This document shows positions 18,163 through 37,151 of a stretch of DNA of 64,000 nt, piece after piece. Numbering within the stretch: position 1 is the first letter of the stretch; the number at the start of each line of letters is the position of its first letter. This DNA is from Eledone cirrhosa (taxonomy: Eukaryota), in NCBI GenBank assembly GCA_964016885.1, contig OZ024740.1, positions 94,364,001 to 94,428,000 of the forward strand, given 5' to 3'. The position numbers and the translations under genes were made by a program. Under the pieces are notes generated by a model that was not told the DNA's origin, made no database searches, and worked only from the letters and a program-made list of their open reading frames with translations.

Positions 18163-18437
18163 TATAGATGAGATTCTACATGACTAGAACTGTTTCATTC
18201 TTTAGAAATCATCAGGAATCTGGCCTTCCAAAAATAAATGTTGTGGTATTTATATATGTTCAGGTGGTAGGAGAGGGTGGGGATTGGGATGGGTGGAAGT
18301 CACTGGTTGAAAGAAAAGGGAATTCATTTAAAGCTCTTTCTTTTTGGCTATAATTTATATTTAGAGAGACACAGGCAGAAAGAATCCTATAAACAAGTTC
18401 AGAATGGAGTGCCACTCCTTATATTTAAGTTTCTCTT
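18163..18437 (-). mobile_element. PLE pseudo-LTR-like dispersed repeat; second copy at 23972-24248 (+)
   Basis: Colinear similarity over ~275 bp between the two loci; contains an HHR motif. Confidence 0.7.
18172..18220 (-). ncRNA. Type I hammerhead ribozyme motif, core intact
   Basis: Minus strand: gattc-CTGATGA-t-ttct-aa-agaa-t-GAA-Aca-gttctagtca-tgT-A-gaatc. Confidence 0.7.
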
Positions 18438-18444
18438 AAGCTAA

Positions 18445-18651
18445 CAATATACATATACACACATATATATACGCATATATATATATACATATACATATAT
18501 ATATTATAAATACATATGCATACATGTATATATATACACACACACAGACGCATACATAGACACATATACACACATATTCACATATACACATATATATATA
18601 TACATACACACACATATATATATATATATATACACACACAAATACACACAC

Positions 18652-18732
<81 letters not shown>

Positions 18733-18881
18733 TACATAAATATATATATATATAAATATATATATATACATATGTACACACATATATACATATATATACT
18801 TATATATACACATATATGCATATACTTACATATACATATACATATATATATACACACACACATGCACATACATATACAAGC

Positions 18882-18934
<53 letters not shown>

Positions 18935-18971
18935 CATACACACATATAGACATATACATATATATACACAT

Positions 18972-19052
<81 letters not shown>

Positions 19053-19056
19053 TATA

Positions 19057-19128
<72 letters not shown>

Positions 19129-19186
19129 CATATATGTATATATACATATACATACATATACATATACATACATACACACACACACA
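18445..19186. repeat. Long degenerate (TA)n/(CA)n microsatellite field
   Basis: Directly visible; source of the spurious IY/YI ORFs. Confidence 0.95.
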
Positions 19187-19380
19187 TTATCTAATTCTCT
19201 TTAATGTAGAGAAAACACATATGCTGTATCATGCTGCTATTTCTAGCAGCATGGAATATCAGTGAGTCTATAATTCCCGCTTTTTCTAACGGTCCAATAT
19301 GTGTGTGGGTCATGTTAACGGCTTGATTCATTCACTGGGCAGAGTGTAATATTTCTACATCTATCCGGACTTATGTCTAG

Positions 19381-19460
19381 TAGATCTGAAGAGCTATATC
19401 TTTCCATTGGAAATTCTCTGAATTTCCAATCTTTTGATAAGCAAAACCGTCGGTCATAGC
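19381..19460 (+). ncRNA. Degenerate long-stem-II hammerhead (GAAA>AAAA)
   Basis: CTGAAGA-gct...attggaaattc-tct-gaatttccaat...agc-AAAA-ccgtcgGTC; homologous to 24452 and 43412. Confidence 0.6.
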
Positions 19461-19559
19461 ACTAGAAGAGGTAAATATTTAAATCGTATTTTAATACATT
19501 TAAATAATTGTTTAATGTTTACTTGTTACGCTCATATATATATATATATATACATATAC

Positions 19560-20270
19560 ACATAAAGAACCACCGATGGGTCTCGGAAAACTTAAACTCG
19601 TTCTTCCGTAATCTAGTATTTAGTATAACTATAGAATCTAATATGACTAGGGCAAACCTTTTAGTTGTCACTCTCGACCTATATACGTCCTTCAATTAGC
19701 CATACATAAGACTCTCCTACTCCACCACACCTAAGCTTGCTAGGAATATAGCCGATCACAATTCTAAAAAAATTAAATAAGCCAACCACCTCCGATCCCA
19801 ATCCCCGGACTGACCTTGTGTACTTGCCTAAATAAGCAAGCCTGCCCACTTGAAAACAAATGCCTGAGAAATGATATCGTATACAAATGCGATGTCATCT
19901 CAGGCACCGATGATTGCCACAACAAAAAGACTTACATCGGCATGACTTCCAATAACTTTAAGACGACGTAGTATGCTCATGCCTACTCTTCAGAGGACCG
20001 GACAAATCAAAGCAGACAACACTCGCCTCCTATGTTTGGGACCTCAAGAGGAACTCCACCCCCTTCACGCTTAAATGGAAAACACTCCAGTAAGCGCGCT
20101 CATACAACGGAGGACACAATACTGCGATCTTTGTATCTCAGAAAGCTAAGAAATGTTATTCGCCAACGGCCCGCTACTGAACAAACTGTCTGAACACTGC
20201 CCGAACTGCATGCACAAACACTTTGTATCTTTCAAATACCTTAAGCGAGTGTTAATGCCCGATGGCTAAA
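19560..20270 (+). pseudogene. Penelope-like element fragment (RT thumb remnant + GIY-YIG endonuclease)
   Basis: Manual translation gives ITIESNMTRANLLVVTLDL, then CPLENKCLRNDIVYKCDV...KTYIGMTSNNFK...TTLASYVWDLK...CDLCISE, with stops and frameshifts. Confidence 0.8.
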
Positions 20271-20573
20271 AACGACTTCCCCTTTTCTTTTTTTTTTTAA
20301 ACGCCAGCTGACATAATACCCACTCTACCCCCTTCTCACTCCACCTCTACCCCTCCTCAACCTTAAACACGGCACTATGGTTATGTAAGTACCTCTTTCC
20401 TATGCGCATTTTATTTTCTGCTTGTAGAGCTGTTTTTTATGTGCCTATGTATATACGTATATTCATGAGTACATGTGTGTATGCATTTGTATGAGTGGCC
20501 GTTCGTTTGTATGCATATCGCTGTGTATACGTGCGTTCACATGTACCTGCACATGGGCAGGTTTGTGTATGTT

Positions 20574-20625
<52 letters not shown>

Positions 20626-20668
20626 TGTATGTATATGTATTTATATATATATATGTATGTCTATAAGT

Positions 20669-20707
<39 letters not shown>

Positions 20708-21112
20708 ATTTGAGTATATGTTGGTTGTATACCAACACCTCAGTATGCAGATTGGAGCACACGACGAAGTGCGCAGGTTGGTTTGGTTACTCCGGAGTAA
20801 TGTAAAATAAAATAAAATATATAAGTCAAATATGATTCCAGTTCCTCAGTGAAATAACAACCCAACCAGGAACCGGGCATATCAGAGTATTGACTATGTT
20901 ATACACCTCAACAACTTGTGTACTCGTCTCTACCACACTAATTCGGATGCCTGAACAGGTCACAACCAAAGATGGTTTTATAAATATAGTTTCCATTTAT
21001 TTAATATCGTATATATATATATATATATATATATGCGTGTGTGTGTGTATACATGTATGTATGTGTGTGTGTGTATGTGGAACCTACAACATACCGTGGA
21101 AATCTCTGTGTA

Positions 21113-21283
<171 letters not shown>

Positions 21284-21289
21284 ACGGCG

Positions 21290-22975
21290 ATGAATTAGTT
21301 TTGCGAGGTTCTTGATATGAAATCGTGTGTCGAAACAAATATTGTTATACATGGGTAGGGTCATATTTGTGTAATAATATTGCGAGAATTAATAATAGAA
21401 CACACTCACTGTTTGGTTGGTTTTCGGTTGTTTCTTTATATCGGTTAATTTTATTTATTCGATCCTCAACGTTGCCATTGAATGACCAACTGTCAAACAT
21501 AAAGATACAATATACACACAATACATATATATATTCTATCAAAGTTATTTCGTTGCGCATCTGCAACATCGTCGGTCTTGCTATTATGATTACTCCCGTT
21601 GCATTGTATGCTGATGCCACTTTTATTTAGTCTGTTTATTTATTTATTTATTTGTTTTGTTTGTTTGAATGTGTATTGGTTAATGTATTCTATCTTAGTT
21701 TACTAGTGTTTGTTTATATGTGTTTGTTGTTATTGTGCTTATGTAAGCATTTATTTATTTATTTACTTATCTATATTTCTCTTAGATCAGTATTGTTTGT
21801 TTGGGTGTTGTTGTTATCCCATTCATTTTTTCTGTTCAGCCTTGGCCTTCTCAGTTCTATTTCGCTGGCCTCTCTGATTTGCCTATCTGCTGGGTCATTT
21901 ATAAGTTTAGATATTATTCTAACTTCTATGTTATCTATGTTACCGTTGTGTTGTCTGGCATGTTCGTATAGTACTTAACCGTGTTTTTGTCCTTTTAGTT
22001 CCCCCCAGTGTTGGTTATACTCTGATGTATGGAATTAGTTATCTGCTGGATGCTTTCCAGTATGCTACGTTCTAAATCAAACTTGTTAGGGCTCTCTTGT
22101 GGGGATGTCCTTATTACTATATTGATGCCGTCTACGTAAGGAGAGAACATGATGAGGTCTATGGAGGTCTCATCAAGGAGATCTTTGAGTCTCCTTTCCC
22201 ATCATACCATAAAAAAGGTTGGCAACGTCACCAGCTATGTTGACGCCAATGGATGTTCCATCATTTTGGGTGTATATCTTCTCGTTGAACTTGAATATGT
22301 GGCCCTTTCAGGTAGGTTTGATACTAGCCCCTATTGCATGTGCGACCATTTTTCTTACCTGATCATTGTTTTGTGGGGTCCGTATAGTTTTGGTCCACCC
22401 AATCCACTTTCCCATGGGAGTCTTTTTTACCATTGAGGTTATGGTGGGGTTCTACCTCTTATGGGTCTACTGAGGCAGAAACGTCTAAGGTCATGGCTGT
22501 CTAGGTAGTCACTGTCGTAGGTAAGTCTAATTTAGAGGCCCAGTTCCTCTGTGTCGACGTCGCAGAACTCCACCTCACTTCTCAATGATCATCTCCACAC
22601 ATTTTTCCACAGCAAAATCAACGTTAATGTATGGGTAGTGTGATATCACATCCATACTGCCTATTATGCAGTTGGATAGGTTCCTGTTTTTGTTGCACTC
22701 ACTGATTCTGCTGTGGAGGCCCTCTGTACTGTTACATACATCTGGTGACATCTTGATTATGGGGCGTATAACCATTGAGAGGAATTAGGAGATCCTGTAG
22801 TTGATAGCTATATTTGCTCCGCATACAGGTCTTGTTGGTGGTCTTGTTGTCGGGTCGTCGACTGTCTTGTGGCATGCCATTGTTGGACGCCTGGAAGTTG
22901 TTGGCAGTGCGTCTGCTTGGCTTTAGCATGTCGGTCCACATCATAATGTGAGCGTTGAGGATTTTGTGTCTTCTA
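21290..22975 (-). mobile_element. Decayed Penelope-like element (second family): RT, end of GIY-YIG, 3' pseudo-LTR
   Basis: ORF 22575-22775 has IIGSMDVISHYPYI (RT motif A); YVDGIN near 22140 (motif C remnant); IREASEIELRRPRLN near 21850. The terminal part matches 27367-27935 and 40955-41480. Confidence 0.72.
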
Positions 22976-23139
22976 TCATGTATTTGCTGTTTACTATTCC
23001 CCTACCACAATCATCAAATCTCTCACTGGTACTGCTAAACTATAGAAACGTTTAATATGTGGGACGGAATACTAAATACGAGATTGTATTGAAATAATTT
23101 TATGAGTTAGTAGTAATCGCCCAAATCTATCTTACAGTG

Positions 23140-23312
23140 ACAGGTCAACAAGTTGGGGCCAACATTTTCATTTAGTCCAGAATAAGCCGTCGAAACGGCT
23201 TGAGCTCAGCCGTCGGGGTCCTACTGGTGCCTATTACCCACTCTACTACCCTAAGTATTGAGTACTTCGGTGTGATATGTCCATCAGGTTCCTTACCACA
23301 TTTCCTTTGCTA
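23140..23312 (+). mobile_element. Terminal fragment of the PLE family seen at 28188-30488
   Basis: cgaaacggcttgagctc..gtcggggtc..ccactctact..cctaagt.ttgagtact..ggttccttaccaca matches the reverse complement of 28190-28330. Confidence 0.75.
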
Positions 23313-23328
23313 TATATATATACATATA

Positions 23329-23812
<484 letters not shown>

Positions 23813-23971
23813 CCCAATATTTTGACGGGTTTATAGAATTCTTTTGGCATTTGTCACTCTAAGTAGAGCTTTAAAGAATTAGATTTTAGAGAATTTCCGT
23901 TTTCTTTATATCCATCAAACATGACCGACCCCAAACATCTTATAGACATCCGAAATATAGGCATTTTTAGG

Positions 23972-24248
23972 TTAAGAGAAACTTAAAAATAAGGTGTTGC
24001 ACCGCATTCTGAACTTGTTAATAGAATTATTTCTGCCTTTGTCACTCTAAATATAAATTATAGCCTTAAAGAATTAGCTTTTAATGAATTCCCTTTGCTT
24101 TCAACCAATGACATCCACCCATCCCACTCCCCAACATCTCCTACCACATGAAAGGTTATAAATACCACAACATTTACTTTTGGAAGGCCTAATTCCGGAT
24201 GATGTCTAAAGAATGAAACAGTTCTACTCCTGTTGAATCACATCTATA
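23972..24248 (+). mobile_element. pLTR-like repeat with a mutated HHR core (CGGATGA)
   Basis: Homologous to 18163-18437; aattc-CGGATGA-tgtctaaagaat-GAAACAGttctactcCTGT-T-gaatc. Confidence 0.7.
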
Positions 24249-24451
24249 AGAACAAAATATTATCTCACAGAGAGAAATTAAAAAGCCCTTGGAAGATAAT
24301 AGATAATTTAAAATCTTTAAAATTAAAAGTTAATGAGGTTTATGCATGAAGAAAAAGGAATTAAGAATAGTATTACATTGAGCGCATGCGTTAGGCAGGG
24401 AGCAAAATATTTACTTGCTATGGGGCTTGCAACATTATGGCGTGGAAATAG

Positions 24452-24532
24452 GGTGTCTGAAGATTCATTTCTTTCCATTAGAAATTCTCTGGATTTCCAA
24501 TCTTTTGGAATGATGAAACCGTCGGTAACAGC
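24452..24532 (+). ncRNA. Long-stem-II type I hammerhead, core intact
   Basis: tgt-CTGAAGA-t-tcatttc...gaatga-t-GAAACCgtcGGTA-aca. Confidence 0.68.
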
Positions 24533-24615
24533 AATGTAATAGGTGATTATTTAAATCGTTTTTTAATTTATTTAGAGAATTGTTTAATAACCGCTTGCTT
24601 CGCTACTTTTATATC

Positions 24616-24663
<48 letters not shown>

Positions 24664-25588
24664 ACTTTGAACTTGTAAAGATGAAATATACGAAAGGAGA
24701 AGAATACAGTAGACTGATTAGTGAAATAGTTTAACGCTTGTTTATAGTTGGGAGATAGTCTTTAAATTTAGAGCTGGAACTTTATCGCATGAAAAAGAAA
24801 AAAATGTAGTTTATTTTTCAGAAATATGAGGATAAATGAAGATAGATTAACAATATAATAAAAACAAAAGCCCTAACCCCCAAACCCAAAAAAGAAAAAA
24901 AAACGAAAAAGGAAAATAAGTGAAACATCGAGAATTGAGGTAAAAGTAAAATCATATGTATTGTTTAGTGAATGGCATAGAGAATGCAATTTTTCACAGA
25001 GAGATTAGAGCGTATAAAATATATGGAAAATGTGAGGAGTATTAACTGATGTAGAAACATGTTTGTTAATGAATGAAATAATCCAGAGTGTTTAAAGTGT
25101 CTGATGTGTCTTTAACTGTCTATGATTTTGAATGTGCACGCAAGAGCTAATCCGCATGCGACGCTGAGAGCCTTGTGATATGATGAATATCTCGGTATGT
25201 TTGACAACATACATATGTTTTTGTTATCCTATATTTAGCGCATACCTGAACAGTCATTCAATACAATATAATTTAGAAGACTTGTTTATATACACACATA
25301 AAGAGACACAAATTCACACTTCAAATATAGAATAGGAATGTCACCATCCATTCGCACGCACCGTCTCAAAGCCCGGAGCAGAAATTAGATAAATATCACA
25401 CACGCACACACACAGACATACGCATACACACGCAGATATACATACACACATACACACATACACACGCATACAGACACACACACGCACACATGCACACACA
25501 CGCATGCACACACACACACACACACACATACACACACGCATGCACACACACACACACACGCACACCCATGCACACACACACCCACACA

Positions 25589-25627
<39 letters not shown>

Positions 25628-26060
25628 AGAAGGAAACGCTAATGGGATTTTCTTATAGAATAACAGAATAATATTTATTTAAAAAAAATAATTTATCGTA
25701 CCGGCTTCAGCTAAAGAATATTTAGGATTGTTCAGCCTACAGGAAATATGATTCTAAGTACATAATGCAGTTTATAATAGAGCTAAGGTGTATAATAATT
25801 AGATGAGTGTGAACACAAATATGGTTTGCGTACATAGAAATAAGTTTACATTTTTGTTTATTGCATTCTCTTTCTCTCTCCTCCTTTGTGGTTTGAAAAA
25901 GAAGGCGGTTTTTGCCTGTTACTGTCTGACTAGTGTTTTCTATAACTGCAGTATTAGTAGTAGCAGAGGAAGAAGAACATGCTTTATTAGTCAGCTGGTT
26001 CATCGTTTGTTTCCGACTATTTTTGACCACATGAGCAGTAGTAGTGTTGGTAGTAGTAGG

Positions 26061-26230
26061 GAAGAAGAAGAAGAAGAAGAAGAAGAAGAAGAAGAAGAAG
26101 AAGAAGAAGAAGAAGAAGAATGGGAGGATGAGGAGGATGAGGTGGATGAGGAAGAGGAGGAGGAAGATGAAGAAGCAGTGGAGGAAGGGGAAGAGGGGGA
26201 AGACGAAAAAAAAAAGAAAAAGGTGATGAA
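26061..26230. repeat. (GAA)n and purine-rich low-complexity tract
   Basis: Directly visible. Confidence 0.9.
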
Positions 26231-27235
26231 AAATGAGGAGGTGTGGTAATAAAAATAGGGCTTAGGCAAACAAGGAAGGGAAAGAAGAAGTAGGGTTAGG
26301 TGAAGCGGAAGCAGTCGATTGGAAGGTGTGATAGTAATAGTATCACTATTATTAATAGTAAAGGAAGCTGTCCGTGGTACTGTCCTAAACGGTAGAGTGA
26401 CCTTTACGTTGACTGAGGGTAAGATTGTTTCTAAATATATCAATCATTCATAAATTTTCCGTAGGAAATGCTGATTTTCTTAATTTGTCAATTGGTTCTA
26501 ATGTTGAATGCTATTTGCAGTTTCGTATGTAGTGGATGCATTTAAACGGGGTTCGTATTTAGTGATACAGTATTATTATTTGCCATTGCATTGAATATAT
26601 GAAGATAAAAACAAACATACAAGCATGCACAATCCAAACAAAAAAACATTGTGCCAGGAGGAGGAACATCTACAACCCAACTTCAGCACACGACATAGAG
26701 TCCACAGAAATTTAAGATTGAATAAATAGAATACGAAAATGGAAATGACAGGCAGATTGGAGCAGGTGACAAGTGTGTAAAGAGAAAGATTTGAGAGTTG
26801 CATATGGCAACTTGAACGTCCTCCGGTGGTGAATTTGTGGATAAAGAGATAATTGTCTCAACATGACTTTGCTAAGCTATATATTGGAAAGAGGTGAATT
26901 TATGCTGTGAATTCATTCATTCTAAATCATATGCGATCGTTCCTTTCAGAAAACATCACCAAATTTCAGCACTGGGTATATCACAAAATCGATATCTCAG
27001 AAATAAGCTTTATTCCATCGTTATGTTTTTCTGTTCATGTTCAAATTCTAGCTCTTTGATGAGGTCGTATCTGTTGCATAATTGATATCATTGAAATATA
27101 TATAACAGCAACTATGGTTAAACGAGGTTAATTTTAATCTGTTGACTTACACTTCTTTAAATAGTATTATATAGTCTTAGCAATTTGAAAGACTAAAGGA
27201 AACTTTGTTTCCTCGGTCCGATTTGACGAAAGTAG

Positions 27236-27267
<32 letters not shown>

Positions 27268-27329
27268 CAAGACCATCCGTATATATATATATGTGTGTGT
27301 ATATATGTATATATATATATACATATATA

Positions 27330-27366
<37 letters not shown>

Positions 27367-27932
27367 GTTCTGCGAGGTTTTTGACATGAAATCGTGTGTC
27401 GAATAAATATTGTTCTACTTGGGAGGGTCATATTGTTGCAAGAATATTGCCAGAATTGATAACAGAACACACTCACCGTTTGGTTGGTTTTTGTTTCCGT
27501 ATATTTTATATCAGTTCATTTATTCGGTCATCAATGTTTACCATTGACTGAACAGCGGTCAAAAATCCATATATAATATAGACTCAAACACATCTAACAA
27601 AGTTCTTTCGTTGCACATCTGCATATTAAATAAACATCTGCATATTAAATAAAGATGGCGTAGACAAAAAATACAACAGAAGGAAACATAATAGCACAAC
27701 TGACGATGCTGCAAATGTGCAACGAAAGAACTTTGTTAGACTATATATATATATGTTTGTTTCAATATTATATCTGTATTTTTGACCGTTGGTCATTCAA
27801 TGCTAAACATTGAGGGCCGAATAAATTAACTTATATGAAATATACAGAAGCGAAAACTAACCAAACAGTGTGTGTGTTCTGTTATTAATTCTGCCAATAT
27901 AATTACAACAACATGACCCTCCCCAAGTATTA

Positions 27933-27935
<3 letters not shown>
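27367..27935. mobile_element. Inverted pair of PLE pseudo-LTR fragments (family of 21290-22975) with a degenerate HHR at ~27696-27737
   Basis: 27405-27623 is the imperfect reverse complement of 27710-27935; acaa-CTGACGA-tgctgcaaatgtgcaac-GAAA; flanked by (TA)n. Confidence 0.75.
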
Positions 27936-27993
<58 letters not shown>

Positions 27994-28153
27994 TATATGT
28001 GTGTGTGTGTGTATGTGTGTGCGCGTGTGCGTATAACTATATATCTAAATGTATGTATGTATGTATGTAGGTATGTATGTATATGAGTCTGTGTCTATTT
28101 TCCTTTGCTTTTTCTTCGGCGTTACCTATTACACGCACGCACGCACACACACA

Positions 28154-28187
<34 letters not shown>

Positions 28188-28188
<1 letters not shown>

Positions 28189-30488
28189 CAAAGGAATTGT
28201 GGTAAGGAACCAGATGGACCATTACGCAGCAGAGTACTCAACACTTAGGATAGTAGAGTGGGGAATAGGAGAAAATATGACCCCGACGACAGAGCTCAAG
28301 CCGTTTCGAGTGCTATTGCCGAAGTAAATTAGGATGTTTTTCCTGGTGAATAAATAGCCGAACTTTTAAAGGGGGCATTTCATATATGGGAAGATTGTAG
28401 TTGTCAAGGGGATTGGTTAACATTTGTCGCAAACACAAATAAGTATATCATGGTATTTGGTGGGAGGTAGGGGTGGCTTAACTTGCCTGTAGAACAATAG
28501 GCGAGTGAGTGGAGCGGTCAAGCGTTGAAAGTGATATGTATACAGCAGATTCTAAGGATAGTGAATGAAGTGGAGGTGGGGGGTTATCGAATAGGTAAGT
28601 CGAATGAGAGTAGGAGACAATAAAAGCTAATAGAAAGAAAACACATATATATAAAATTAGATAGTGAGGAATGAAGAAACAAAATCACAACACTATCTTA
28701 CACTTACAGGTTAATAAGTTGAGAATAGAAAAAAACTTGTAGAAATTGAGTAGTAACAGAACTAATACAGAATTAAAGGGGTTTAACACGTCTGCTATAA
28801 CTAGTTAGTAAAACGTATTCGGCCAGTTCTTTCATAAAATTACATGAGTGGTGGAACTGATGCTACAGAGGCCCGATGGGCTGAATCAGGTTAGGCGAAG
28901 TGGAAAAGCAGACCAGGAAGAAAATAAAGGGTGGAATGATATGATAGGATGAGACAGGGGGAAGAAGAAGGCAGACGAAAAGAAAAGAAAAGAGATACCT
29001 CTACCTAAGTAAGCTGGGGTTTCCCCTAACTTATTCGGCAAATAAGGGGTATCAGCCCTTCTCTACCCACTCGAGTCGTTATGGTGTTTGAGGGCGAGGT
29101 AAGTCCTACGCAATCTGTGTTTGAATGCGGTTACCAGTTACTCTTTCTTGTTTTGTTGTTGGTCCTTCGTCAAATTCCTGGATGTTACACTTAAACTTGA
29201 AAATGATCTGTACTACCCATACAGTAAACCAAACGCCAACCTGCACTACATCCACCGCCGCACTAACCATCCTAGAAATATCACAAATAACCTTGTTAAA
29301 AACATCTCCCTCCGCATATCTCGTTTGTCCGCTAATGAGCGGATATTCGACGAACACGTACCTCATTACAGCCAGGCCCTCAAGCGGAGTGACTTCCGGG
29401 AGGATATATCCTTTTATCCAGCTTCCCTTAGCGGATCCAGCAGGCGACACCGACGCTCACCCAACGTACCGTGGTTCAATCTTCAACATATTGCTGAGGT
29501 GGCAACACCTATCGGGAAAATCTTCTTTAGACTCCTCGAAAAACAATTCCCACTACAACACGGTTACCACAACATAATAAACAAAAACACCATCAAACTC
29601 TCCTGCAGCACCACTCCTAACTTCGCACAAAACTTCGTCTCCTCCCACAATAAAAAACTCAACCCCTATGGAAGAAATAAACGAGACATCAGTGGAGACC
29701 GACCAGGAAGTGTAACTGCCCTGATAGATCCGTGCCACCTCAACAACAAATGCCGAGAACGTAACGTGGTCTATCAGTGCAACGTGAAGACGGACACCTC
29801 CAACAAAGCTTATATAGGATTAACCGCGTGTGACTTCAAGGCCCGGCTGTACCAACACCGACATACTTTCCGATGCAGCCCATCGGGCCTCTGTAGTATC
29901 AGTTCCCCCACCCCTGTAATGTTAAGCTAGAATTGGCCGAATATGTTTTACTAACTACTTATAGCAGACGTGTTAAACCCCTTTAATTCTGTATCACTTC
30001 TGGTAATACTCAATGTCTACAAGTTTTTCTCTATTCTCAACTTATTAACCTGTAATTGTAAGATAGCATTGTTAATTTTTTTTTCAATCCTCACTATCTA
30101 ATTTTATACATTTTTCTTTCTTTCTATTATCTGTTATTGTCTCCTACTCTCATTCGATTTAGCTATTCTATAACCTTCCTCCTCCACTTTATTCACTATC
30201 CTTAGAATCTGCTATATACATATCACTTTTAACGCTTGACCGCTAACTACTCCCCTAATGTTCTACAGGCAAGTTCAACCACCCCTACCGCCCACCAAAT
30301 GCCATGATAGACTTATTTGTGTTTACAACAAATGTTAACCAATCCCCTTGACAACTACAATCTTCCCATATAAGGAAGTACCACTTTGAACAGTTCGGCT
30401 ATTTATTCACCAGGCTAAAATGTTTAATTTAGTCCAGAAATAGCCACCGAAACGGCTTGAGCTCTGCCGTCCGGGTCATACTTTCTCA
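28188..30488 (+). mobile_element. Penelope-like element with an inverted copy of its 3' end placed upstream
   Basis: Arms 28268-28887 and 29872-30488 are imperfect inverted repeats of ~620 bp enclosing PLE coding sequence; (TA)n on both sides. Confidence 0.85.
29167..29870 (+). pseudogene. PLE RT-thumb, linker and N-terminal half of GIY-YIG endonuclease
   Basis: ORF 29121-29930: FLDVTL..YPYSKPN..YIH..NHP, PWFN, IGKIFFRLLEKQFP, NVVYQC..AYIGLT..FKARLYQHRHTF. Confidence 0.88.
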
Positions 30489-31375
30489 TATATATATATA
30501 TGTCTGTATAAATATACGATACGAAAAGAAAAGAGGATATGAGAGATGCTATGACTAAGTGTGTGATATTTAGAATGTTTCTGTTTTTATGTTCCAATTA
30601 ATTTGAGGATTATTTATCTATTAAGGGTTCCGGCTGTGTTTACAGCGTTTTCAATAATATTTTATTTGACTACAAACAAGAGCGTATAAATACAGACTGT
30701 CTGAAATTAAAATAACATCAGAGAGGCTATTATTCAATACGCTGTATAAAATTCATAAAAATGAAATTAGGTTAGTTAGCTTCTGCACTTTTGCTGTTGG
30801 CGAGGCCTCATACGTTTAAATCTCATTTTAACAAAGCTACACATATAGTAATGTAATTTTCTAAAGTTATGTATTTTTGAACGTCTCATTTATGTATAAA
30901 GAGACACACATTCGTAGGCACATACACATACACATACACACACATACATTAACTCAATTACGCAAACGCAGACACAGGCACCTGCACATATATATACATA
31001 TTTGATGATTATGGTGAAGATAATAATGATGATGATGTAATTAGAATAAGTAAATTAAACATAGGTTACATTTTTATTCCAGTTTATGACATGAAAAATA
31101 TAAACCAACGGACATAGTGTCAATGAAAATATTCTAATGGATCAAAAGTTGTCCTCATATATAAACTAGTGTCTAATAAGATATAGGACACCAACACTAA
31201 ATTGTATTATTGTAAATATTTTGCAATTTATATATCTAAAGAATGACAATTCGAGGGTATGTATTGTCATCGTCTTTCTACTCTCAAGTCAATATTATAG
31301 AGATAGGGAAATGTATACAACTCACTATATATATATGGGCGCAACCTGATGTCTAGAGCAGTTAAAATGGCAAAA

Positions 31376-32000
<625 letters not shown>

Positions 32001-32354
32001 ATTTCACAATGTGAGGAAATAATAGACCAGTTTTTTTCTTCAACGTCCCGACTGCAGTTTCGACGATCCGTGTAGAACGATTTCTCTCGGCGATGATGCA
32101 GTTTTATATTGTAGAAATCCTTGCGCACCGATCCACGAAGCTGCAGTTGGACTTTGAAGAAAAAATAGGTATACACTTGTCTATTATTTACTCATAATTT
32201 GTAATTTGCTAGATTGCTCTGATTATGGGGTTAATATAATTATTTTTATTATTTGGTCTCTTTCGGTCATCGATAAAAACTTGCTTGTCAAGGCGGACAC
32301 TACACAGATACATATATCTATGAATATGTGTGACTATTTCATTACTATCATTAT

Positions 32355-32396
<42 letters not shown>

Positions 32397-32460
32397 AATA
32401 TATATATATATTTATATATATATATAGAGTGAGAGAGATAGAGAGCGAAAGATAATAGAG

Positions 32461-32649
32461 ATAATTGTTTCTACTTTAGGCACAATGCCAGCAATTACCC
32501 AGTGCATTACTGGTACTTTATTTTATCGACCCCGTAAGGATGAAATGCAAAGTCAACCTCGGCAGGATTTGAACTCAGATCGTATAGGGACGTAACTATG
32601 ATGGAAAGCATGGCGTCCGCCCCTCTACCGATACTACCAATCCACCGCC
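32461..32649 (-). mobile_element. tRNA-derived SINE
   Basis: Reverse complement of 37152-37340 with high similarity; A and B boxes present. Confidence 0.8.
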
Positions 32650-33419
32650 CTGGAAAGATAATAGAGATAATGAAAGATGGATAAAGACGGTGATAACTAT
32701 AAAGAATATACTTCTCGTATTGAAATAACTCTTAGTATTCCAAGAAACTGTAAATACAAATTAAAGGCGTGATTTTAGTTGTACAGTCGTCATGGAAATA
32801 AATCATAGTCAAATGATGCCAGCCTTTCGATTTCACAATTATTAGAATGATAGCACTTGCGATGAAGCTGATGACGATTATGGTGGAAAATTTGAAAATA
32901 ATATTCAAAATATTGATGAGGAAGAGCTTCACTGTTTTACAGGTGATGGTGACAGTGCTGTTGATTTTAACGCCGGTAGTGTTATACATGGTGATGGTGA
33001 AAATGAGGATGATGATGTTGATAATTATGATGGTGATGATGATGGTGATGTTGACGATGATGATGTTGGTGATGACGATGATGATGATGAAGATGATGAC
33101 GATTGTGAGGGTGATGATTGAGATTGTTTATGATGAGATGAACTCAGATAGAAATCACTTGCGATGCAATCAGGCATATTTGGCACTGGCTGAATAAAAC
33201 GTACCTCACAGCAAGTGATAAGGCAGTTTGCCAAACTTAATTATTTAGCTTTTGAAAAACCAAATCAGATTGCCAATAAAATATGAGATAGTAATTCATT
33301 AATGAGATTTGCGACTGTATTGGCACTAACATACCACATATTTTAGATCTTCTCGAATGAACAAAATTGACTAGGATATCTATGAATGTATTTACAACAA
33401 ATATATACACATGAATCGA

Positions 33420-37137
<3,718 letters not shown>

Positions 37138-37151
37138 ATAAATATATGTGT

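Noticed and set aside
18436-19194. Many IY/YI/CV/TH-rich ORFs here and at 7.4, 16.9, 21, 23.3, 25.4, 33.4-34.1, 41.7 and 46.2 kb
   Set aside because: They are translations of dinucleotide microsatellites, which lack stop codons.
20730-20785. accaac...ggttggt-enclosed motif downstream of the PLE at 19560 as a hammerhead
   Set aside because: The position is suggestive, but both core strands are non-canonical (CTCAGTA, GAAG).
25803-26443. Poly-Glu, poly-Ser and poly-Lys ORFs (also the Met-rich ORF at 32847-33197)
   Set aside because: They arise from (GAA)n and (GAT)n trinucleotide tracts; no domain or splice evidence.
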